This document shows positions 1 to 5,560 of a stretch of 15,864 bases of DNA, piece after piece; position 1 is the stretch's first letter, and every line of letters starts with the position of its first letter. The DNA comes from Thermoproteota archaeon. GTDB lineage: Archaea > Thermoproteota > Nitrososphaeria_A > Caldarchaeales > Calditenuaceae. The stretch spans positions 1 through 15,864 of the forward strand of contig JAUQPU010000013.1 of NCBI GenBank assembly GCA_030550235.1, given 5' to 3'. The notes under the pieces were generated by a model. That model did not search any database and was not told the DNA's origin. It was given only the letters and a program-made list of their open reading frames with translations. The translations under genes were made by a program, and so were the position numbers.

Positions 1-236
1 CTTCAATGTGTTGTCGCGAACATTTAGCAAGACAGATGTAGGAAAGACACCTAGCTCATCCAAGATGTACTTCACTACGCTCCCCTTCCTCGGCTTAACA
101 CGACTTTCTAGCGGAGCCCTCTGGTAATCCTCCCTATTATCCCTACTCCACCGGTCAATCCTCGCCCTCCCCCTCGGTGAGGAATCGCAGCGGCAGTGCC
201 GTAACATAGATATAGGCTGGTGAAGCGCCTTCACCA
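1..236 (-). CDS. Partial ORF (N-terminal ~78 codons, runs off the left edge); hypothetical protein
   Basis: My own translation of the minus strand from the ATG at 236 is open to position 1 (MVKALHQPISMLRHCRCDSSPRGRARIDRW...VVKYILDELGVFPTSVLLNVRDNTLK). It is co-directional with the two upstream minus-strand genes and uses AGG-rich Arg codons like the neighbours. I recognise no family. It is absent from the ORF track, presumably because it is incomplete. Confidence 0.3.
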
Positions 237-264
237 TAGCCCCCTTTTAAGGAAGAAATTGATC

Positions 265-270
265 AAAAAA
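265..270 (-). terminator. Oligo-T run (T6 on the coding strand) just after the DUF429 stop
   Basis: aaaaaa on the + strand at 265-270, 11 nt past the stop codon at 281-283. Archaeal RNA polymerase terminates at oligo-T tracts. Confidence 0.4.
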
Positions 271-280
271 CTTAGTTTGG

Positions 281-904
281 CTAAAATGATCTCCCATACT
301 TAAAAGATCTTACCCTTGTGGATTTAGCCGGGAGGTATAGGAGGCCCTCTGAGGGGTCTCCAAACACCATGCAGAGTCCACGCCTGTATAGTAGGGCTAC
401 GTAGGCGCATGTCGCGGCGTCGATCATGTCGAGGCTCGGGCCCCGCGGTATCTTGAGGCCAAGCCTCCTCAAGCCTCGCGCAAGCACGCTCGCCTTTCTC
501 CCACCGCGGCCCCAAAGCCCAAGAACCCTTTGCGCACCACTCGGAAAAGTCTCTATAACCTCGAAGCCAAGACCCCTAAGCCTCGCAGCCAGGCCCACAC
601 CCCTCAAAGCCAACATCCTCATGGAGCCAAGGGATAAGGGGAAGATTCTTATCCCCATTCTCCTCACCTCTCTGTCGCAGAGCCTGTAGCCGCGGCCCTG
701 AAGACTGGTTGGAAGTGTTAGGGGCGCGTCCACGGCTATGCAGGCTGGAGCGTATCTCTCGGCCAGTCCAACTATCTCATCGTCTAGCAGCGGCTCGTGG
801 AAGACTGTCTCGCCGCTCGGTGATAGGATGCATGTTAATGAGACGCGGCGGGGCGATGTCGTTAGGTCTACACCCATGAAAAATTCATCCGGCGAGTCCT
901 CCAC
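281..904 (-). CDS. DUF429/COG2410-like predicted RNase H-fold nuclease
   Basis: The pattern MGVDL...CIAVDAPLTLP...RLCDREV...VIETFPSGA matches my memory of DUF429 proteins. The track start is GTG at 904. The ATG at 877 (M10, MGVDL) is the more family-typical start. Confidence 0.55.
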   Translation of the reverse strand: MEDSPDEFFMGVDLTTSPRRVSLTCILSPSGETVFHEPLLDDEIVGLAERYAPACIAVDAPLTLPTSLQGRGYRLCDREVRRMGIRIFPLSLGSMRMLALRGVGLAARLRGLGFEVIETFPSGAQRVLGLWGRGGRKASVLARGLRRLGLKIPRGPSLDMIDAATCAYVALLYRRGLCMVFGDPSEGLLYLPAKSTRVRSFKYGRSF

Positions 905-949
905 CTCCAGCTCATGGAGCCTCTTCAGACGTGTCTGTGAGAGGGTGGG

Positions 950-1723
950 CTATAGCTTCTTCAAAATCTTCTCAAGCCACTCGGCCGTCCTGTTAATTGC
1001 CTTCAACTCAACTTCAAGGCCTGTGAATGTGTGGTCGCCTTCCTCTATTATTATCTTCTCGCGGGGCTCACCGGCCGCTTTATAGAGAGTGTCGGCGTGG
1101 CTGGGTGGGACGACGTTGTCCTGTCCCCCGTGAACTATGAGGAGGGGCCTTGGAGAGATCTTGGAGACGGCCTCGACCAAGTTGTATGACAATACATCCT
1201 GGATGAATTGACGGCCTATCCTATATCCTGTGGGAAGGTCTATGTATTCTCCTGAGAGGCTTCCACCCCTGACCATTGATTTAGCATAGTCAGCCAGTCC
1301 CAGGAAGTCTGCGGGTGCGCTCCATGTGCAGACAAACCTTACCCTAGGGTCGCGTGAGGCCCTAATCAGAGAGACAGCACCACCCATGCTGAGGCCCAGG
1401 ACTCCAACTCTCCTCCCATCAACTTCAGGCCAACCAGAGACATAGTCCAGCACGCAGCCAAGGTCCTCAACCTCACTCGTCAAAGTCATCTCGTGGAACT
1501 CGCCCTCACTCTCGCCGGAGCCATAGAAGTCGAAGCGTACGACGAGGAGACCCCTTCTGCAGAACTCCCGCGCAGCCCTTACAAAGAGGCGGTGGGCCTC
1601 AACCCTATTACCTGTGAACCCGTGGCACATTACAAGGGCAGGTGCGGGACCCTTGGCGGGAACATGGACCATACATGCCAGCCTACCGAGGGGCCCCTCG
1701 ACCCAGACAAACTCCTCAACCAC
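950..1723 (-). CDS. Alpha/beta-fold hydrolase (esterase or dienelactone-hydrolase/S9-like)
   Basis: HGFTGNR oxyanion region, nucleophile elbow GLSMGG (G-x-S-x-G), then GGQDNVV (Asp) and EGDHTF (His) in the canonical Ser-Asp-His order. GTG start. A TATA-like ataaactat on the coding strand (+ strand 1752-1760) lies about 30 nt upstream. Confidence 0.85.
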   Translation of the reverse strand: MVEEFVWVEGPLGRLACMVHVPAKGPAPALVMCHGFTGNRVEAHRLFVRAAREFCRRGLLVVRFDFYGSGESEGEFHEMTLTSEVEDLGCVLDYVSGWPEVDGRRVGVLGLSMGGAVSLIRASRDPRVRFVCTWSAPADFLGLADYAKSMVRGGSLSGEYIDLPTGYRIGRQFIQDVLSYNLVEAVSKISPRPLLIVHGGQDNVVPPSHADTLYKAAGEPREKIIIEEGDHTFTGLEVELKAINRTAEWLEKILKKL

Positions 1724-1773
1724 AAACCAAGCAAAGCACCCATCAACTCAAATAGTTTATACATGCTGAATTT

Positions 1774-1849
1774 TGGGGCCGGTGGGATTTGAACCCACGA
1801 CCTCCTGGGCCCAAGCCAGGCATCTTAGACCATGCTCGACCACGGCCCC
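1774..1849 (-). tRNA. tRNA-Pro (anticodon UGG)
   Basis: The reverse complement folds as a cloverleaf. Acceptor is GGGGCCG/CGGCCCC plus discriminator A. Anticodon stem is CCTGG/CCAGG with loop CT-TGG-GC (anticodon at + 1811-1813, G37). T arm is GTGGG-TTCAAAT-CCCAC. 76 nt, no encoded CCA. By my fold the D stem has only 3 clean pairs. Confidence 0.9.
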
Positions 1850-1870
1850 ATAGGGCTCCAGCCTGGGACG

Positions 1871-1880
1871 AAAAAATAAA
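1871..1880 (-). promoter_or_regulatory. TATA-like box for tRNA-Pro
   Basis: tttatttttt on the minus strand, 22-31 nt upstream of the tRNA 5' end at 1849. Confidence 0.4.
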
Positions 1881-1905
1881 CGTAACCTGGAGATTTGGCG
1901 GGCCG

Positions 1906-2148
1906 CTAAACCACTATCGCGGTCTCCGTCCTCTCTACACCGTCTATCGTGTGTATCTTGGAGAGAATGGCCTCGGTGAGCTTCTTCAAGTCCTCCGCCT
2001 CAATCAATACTACAACGTCGTATCTGCCAGTAACCATGCATGCTAGCCTACAGCCCGAGAGTTTCCCAGCCTGCTCCGCAACACTAGCGGCCTTTCCAGC
2101 CCCAGTCCTTATGAAGACGAACGCCTGAACCACAACAACTATACCCAT
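1906..2148 (-). CDS. Stand-alone RAM domain protein (Lrp/AsnC ligand-binding domain only, no HTH)
   Basis: 80 aa. The beta-alpha-beta-beta-alpha-beta pattern VQAFVFIRTGAG...VTGRYDVVVLIEAEDLKKL...IDGVERTETAIVV is typical of the AsnC/Lrp C-terminal domain. ATG start. Confidence 0.75.
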   Translation of the reverse strand: MGIVVVVQAFVFIRTGAGKAASVAEQAGKLSGCRLACMVTGRYDVVVLIEAEDLKKLTEAILSKIHTIDGVERTETAIVV

Positions 2149-2190
2149 AGGAACCGCTTATAACATTTCCCCTAAAACATCCTTTCACAG

Positions 2191-2210
2191 GCCCCTACAA
2201 TCCAGTGAAG
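2191..2210 (-). repeat. ORB-like element A (C-string then core on the + strand)
   Basis: gcccctacaatccagtgaag. Its reverse complement cttcactggattgtaggggc matches element B at 14 of 21 positions with one gap (hand alignment). Confidence 0.4.
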
Positions 2211-2462
2211 AGTGGAGGCCCCCACTGTGAAGCTGTGAAGTGTGAAATAATACGCAAAAACAACAAGCTAATATAACCTTAGCCTGCCAGCGTATTATCC
2301 TGATGCATCCAGAGTGATATACGTGGATCCTTCCTCCGGATGCTAGGGATTTGCAGAAAATGCGTATCTCCAGCCCTTCTGCACGGTTTCCGAGGCCGTC
2401 ATAGACCCGCCATCCTTCCCGGTGAATCCCTGTGGTGAATACTCTCCACCATTCTCCACCAG

Positions 2463-2483
2463 CTCCAGTGGAAGAAGAGGGGT
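2463..2483 (+). repeat. ORB-like element B (origin recognition box: dyad core plus G-string)
   Basis: ctccagtggaagaagaggggt. It resembles the archaeal ORB consensus as I remember it (TTCCAGTGGAAAC, a short spacer, then GGGG). Confidence 0.55.
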
Positions 2484-2627
2484 TAGAAACACTCTATACC
2501 CCCTTTACAGTGAAGACCATTAAAAACAAGCCCTCATAGAGAAAAGAGCGATTAAACAGTCTAGGGCCAAAACCGACAGACTGGAATCAGTGAATAATGG
2601 TATAGCCAAGGAGACTTAAACACGCCC

Positions 2628-2648
2628 ACCCCAGCCCTTCAACTGGAA
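2628..2648 (-). repeat. ORB-like element E, inverted relative to B
   Basis: accccagcccttcaactggaa versus the reverse complement of B, acccctcttcttccactggag: 15 of 21 identical without gaps (hand count). The core ttcaactggaaat differs at 2 of 13 positions from the Pyrococcus-type mini-ORB TTCCAGTGGAAAT. Confidence 0.5.
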
Positions 2649-2732
2649 ATTAACTAAAATCAACACAAACGAGGGCAAAATAGATAAAATCAGATAAATA
2701 ATAGAGTATATCAGAAAAATTTTCAATAGGTC

Positions 2733-2741
2733 GTAATTAAC
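2733..2741 (+). promoter_or_regulatory. TATA-like box for orc1/cdc6
   Basis: gtaattaac lies 26-34 nt upstream of the GTG at 2767, consistent with a leaderless or near-leaderless transcript. Confidence 0.35.
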
Positions 2742-2766
2742 AGTCTGGTCCTAGTCTTCATCTGTC

Positions 2767-4038
2767 GTGGCCGATTTTCAGTTGAAACAGGGGGGTGACC
2801 CTCTGGGCGATCTCCTCGCCAGGGTCACGGCGGCGTCGCGTATATTCAAGGATAGGGAGGTTCTCAGGTCTGACTACATTCCTGGAAACCTTCCGCACAG
2901 GTGGGAGCATATCAAGAGACTGGGAGAGATCGTCTCGACGGGCCTGAAGATGCATCGTCCGAGCAACGTCTTCATCTACGGCAAAACTGGGACTGGGAAG
3001 ACAGCAGTTGTAAAGCATGTCTTCAAGCGTTTCGCATCGGAGGCAGAGAGGCTTGGAATCCCCCTCCACTTCGTATACATCAACTGCAGGATTGCAGGGA
3101 CTGAGTACAGGGTCTTGGCTGAGCTGTGTGAGGCCCTCGGCGTCCAAGTCCCATTCACAGGCCTCTCTAAGAGCGAGGTCTTTAACAGGTTCAGGAGAGC
3201 CCACTCATCTTCTCAGAACCTTCTTATAGTATGTCTGGACGAGATCGACGTGCTCGTGAAGGGGTTCGGCGACGCTCTACTATACGAGCTGACCAGGATC
3301 AACGAGGGCCTGGAGGGGAGTAAACTATCTCTGATAGGCGTCTCAAACGATCTCATGTTTAAGGAGATGCTTGATCCTAGGGTTCTGAGCAGTCTGAGTG
3401 AGGAAGAGATCGTCTTCCACCCCTACAGCGCGGTGGAGCTTGTCGATATTCTGAGCGAGAGGGCTGGGCTTGCTTTCCACGAGGGTGTTGTGCCGCAATC
3501 GACTATAAACCTCTGCGCCGCCCTCGCCGCTGCTGAGCATGGTGATGCGAGGAGGGCCTTGGACCTACTGAGGGTTGCGGGTGAGATTGCCGAGAGGGGT
3601 ATGGCTGAGAGGGTTGAGGAGTCGCATGTCCGCATGGCTTTGGGGGTGATTGAGCAGGGTCGGGTCTTCGAGGCCCTGACAACCCTCCCGCTCCACGGGC
3701 GTATAGTCCTGCTAGCAGTCTACCACGCTACATTAAACTCGCCCAGCAAGATAACCTCAGGCCTAGTCTACCAGTACTACCGCTCGCTCTGCGGCCAGCT
3801 GGGCTTGGAGCCACTCACCGACAGGAGAATCAGCACATTGATCTCGGAGCTAGACATGCTCGGAGTCCTCTCAAGCAGCGTCATAAGCTATGGGAGATAT
3901 GGGAGGACGCGGAAGATCTCTCTGAAAATTCCTGTAGAGGAGGTTAGGCAGGCCCTAGAGCGCGACGAGTTCTTATCCCACCTCTTGGAGCGGGGAGTGA
4001 GTCAGGCGGGTAGCGTGGAGAGTGAGCGAAGCAGCTAG
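2767..4038 (+). CDS. orc1: Orc1/Cdc6 replication initiator (AAA+ plus C-terminal winged helix)
   Basis: Walker A GKTGTGKT, Walker B LLIVCLDEID, sensor-1 LIGVSND, sensor-2 GDARRALDLLR, and the N-terminal IFKDREVLRSDYIPGNLPHR signature. The C-terminal part has a winged-helix-like GRYGRTRKISL. GTG start. Confidence 0.95.
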   Translation: MADFQLKQGGDPLGDLLARVTAASRIFKDREVLRSDYIPGNLPHRWEHIKRLGEIVSTGLKMHRPSNVFIYGKTGTGKTAVVKHVFKRFASEAERLGIPLHFVYINCRIAGTEYRVLAELCEALGVQVPFTGLSKSEVFNRFRRAHSSSQNLLIVCLDEIDVLVKGFGDALLYELTRINEGLEGSKLSLIGVSNDLMFKEMLDPRVLSSLSEEEIVFHPYSAVELVDILSERAGLAFHEGVVPQSTINLCAALAAAEHGDARRALDLLRVAGEIAERGMAERVEESHVRMALGVIEQGRVFEALTTLPLHGRIVLLAVYHATLNSPSKITSGLVYQYYRSLCGQLGLEPLTDRRISTLISELDMLGVLSSSVISYGRYGRTRKISLKIPVEEVRQALERDEFLSHLLERGVSQAGSVESERSS

Positions 4039-5455
4039 GAGGCTTGCGGTCAGGGCGATTGAGCGGGGCTACCAGCTCTCAGCAGAGGCCCTGGAGAGGC
4101 TTCTAAAATCAGAGAACCCCCAGAGGCTACTGGACGAGCTTCTCTCATGGCTTGAGGCTAGGCGCACAGGCCAGGTGATAATTGATAGGGTAACGCTGGA
4201 GACATTCCTCGCAGGCAGGGCAGCTGAGGCTAAAGTCGCGGCTGAGGAGTCGCTTCCAGAGATAGTCCTAGAGTCTCCAACCTATGAGGGCCTCTCGATA
4301 GAGGGTGTCGCCGAGGAGCAAAGAATCTACCTCCTCTCCAGGTTCCAGTCTATCAGGCGGGTCTTCGAGGGGCGGGGCCTAGGTCTAAGGCCCGCGAGGG
4401 AGCTGATACGGGAGGGCGGCGAGGCCTACATCCTAGGCATGGTGTTGAGCATCAGGAGGCGCGACACGCACTTCCTAGTCGAGATGGAGGACCCTGTGGA
4501 CACTTGGAGCATCATAGCCCCTACGCGCGACAGGACGCTGGCTGAGAAGATGGAGTGCATCCTCCAGGACATGGTTGTTGTTTTCCGGGCGAGGGCCCGG
4601 AGAGGTGTGCTCGTTGCCAGTGATGTTTATCTCCCGGATGTGGCTGGCAGGAGACAGTCCTGGAGGGGCCCGGACAGGAACATCTGCATAATCTCAGACA
4701 TTCATATTGGAAGCGAGAGGCATGCCGCTGAGAGTCTCAGAAGCTTCCTCGACTGGCTTAACAGCCCGGAGAATGAGGCCGAGAAGACCATTCTCCTAAT
4801 AATCAACGGAGACCTGGTGGATGGTGTGTATGTTTATCCCGGGCAAGAGTCTGAGCTTAGGCTGAAGTCCTACTCGGAGCAGTTCGCCGAGGCCTCCAAG
4901 GCCCTCTCAAGGGTGCCAGAGCATATCAAGATCCTCTACGTGCCAGGCAACCACGAGCCCTGCAGGAGGGCTGTCCCCCAGCCCCCAATCCAGGCGAGGT
5001 ATCGACAAGTGCTCGGCGGCGGGAAAATAGTCTATGCAGGGAACCCTGCCTGGTTGAGGGTGGGTGGGTTGAGGATGCTCATCTTCCACGGGCAGACGCT
5101 CGACGACGTGATACAGGCAGGCACCCTCTTCAGCTACTCGACGCTGCATGAAAGGTCTGGCGAGATGATGGAGCTCCTATTAAAGTCGAGGCATCTAGCG
5201 CCTACGATGGGTCTGGCAACACCCATACTCCCCACAAAGACCGATTATCTAGCCATAACCGAGCAGCCAGATGTCCTGTGCCTTGGACACACCCATGTAG
5301 CAGCCTACACATCCTACAAGGGGACACAGCTCATTAACACCGGCTCATGGCAGGAGCAGACAAGGATACAGGAGAGTATCGGCCTAGAGCCCAGCGTCGG
5401 GACCGCGGTCCTCCTAAACCTCAAGACACTTTCAATACGCTTTCTCTCATTCTAG
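4022..5455 (+). CDS. polB: DNA polymerase D (Pol II) small subunit DP1, a Mre11-like 3'-5' exonuclease subunit
   Basis: Helical N-terminal domain, OB-like middle, then all calcineurin-type phosphoesterase motifs: ISDIHIGS, INGDLVDG, VPGNHE, IFHGQ, LGHTH. The DP1 hallmark VYVYPGQESEL is present. The GTG start overlaps the orc1 stop by 17 nt. Confidence 0.9.
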   Translation: MSEAARRLAVRAIERGYQLSAEALERLLKSENPQRLLDELLSWLEARRTGQVIIDRVTLETFLAGRAAEAKVAAEESLPEIVLESPTYEGLSIEGVAEEQRIYLLSRFQSIRRVFEGRGLGLRPARELIREGGEAYILGMVLSIRRRDTHFLVEMEDPVDTWSIIAPTRDRTLAEKMECILQDMVVVFRARARRGVLVASDVYLPDVAGRRQSWRGPDRNICIISDIHIGSERHAAESLRSFLDWLNSPENEAEKTILLIINGDLVDGVYVYPGQESELRLKSYSEQFAEASKALSRVPEHIKILYVPGNHEPCRRAVPQPPIQARYRQVLGGGKIVYAGNPAWLRVGGLRMLIFHGQTLDDVIQAGTLFSYSTLHERSGEMMELLLKSRHLAPTMGLATPILPTKTDYLAITEQPDVLCLGHTHVAAYTSYKGTQLINTGSWQEQTRIQESIGLEPSVGTAVLLNLKTLSIRFLSF

Positions 5456-5471
5456 GAGCTTAAAGCGGGCG

Positions 5472-5502
5472 GGCCTCCTATAGGCCTTAATATATTAATT
5501 TT
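5472..5502 (+). terminator. Short hairpin plus T-run after the DP1 gene
   Basis: ggcct (5472-5476) pairs with aggcc (5482-5486) around a 5-nt loop, followed by the AT-rich ttaatatattaatttt ending in T4 (5499-5502). Confidence 0.35.
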
Positions 5503-5529
5503 CCTGTTCATATTGGCGCGCATAGGTTA

Positions 5530-5537
5530 TTTATAAA
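5530..5537 (+). promoter_or_regulatory. TATA box for the APC permease gene
   Basis: tttataaa ends 24 nt upstream of the TTG at 5561. An in-frame stop at 5534-5536 leaves that TTG as the first possible start, implying a leaderless mRNA. Confidence 0.5.
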
Positions 5538-5560
5538 GGGCCGACAGGTCAGAAGCCGGT

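Larger units (their letters stand above)
2149..2766. other. Candidate replication origin (oriC) region upstream of orc1/cdc6
   Basis: A 618-bp gene-free interval, large for this compact window. It contains ORB-like elements (see the repeat features), many GTGAA(G/T) cores, and an A+T-rich stretch next to the initiator gene. Confidence 0.6.

Noticed and set aside
324-1085. Track ORFs 324..515(-), 426..689(+) and 738..1085(+) overlapping the DUF429 and hydrolase genes
   Set aside because: They lie inside or antisense to ORFs with recognisable family signatures. They are Pro/Arg/Ser-rich, low-complexity translations typical of shadow frames in GC-rich DNA.
1493-2046. Track ORFs 1493..1792(+) and 1789..2046(+)
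   Set aside because: The first is antisense to the hydrolase. The second runs straight through tRNA-Pro and antisense to the RAM gene, and neither has protein-like composition.
2758-3635. Antisense and alternate-frame ORFs within orc1 (2758..3204-, 2901..3104+, 2976..3158-, 3017..3229+, 3343..3540-, 3423..3635-)
   Set aside because: All are embedded in a gene with unambiguous AAA+ motifs, so they are shadow ORFs.
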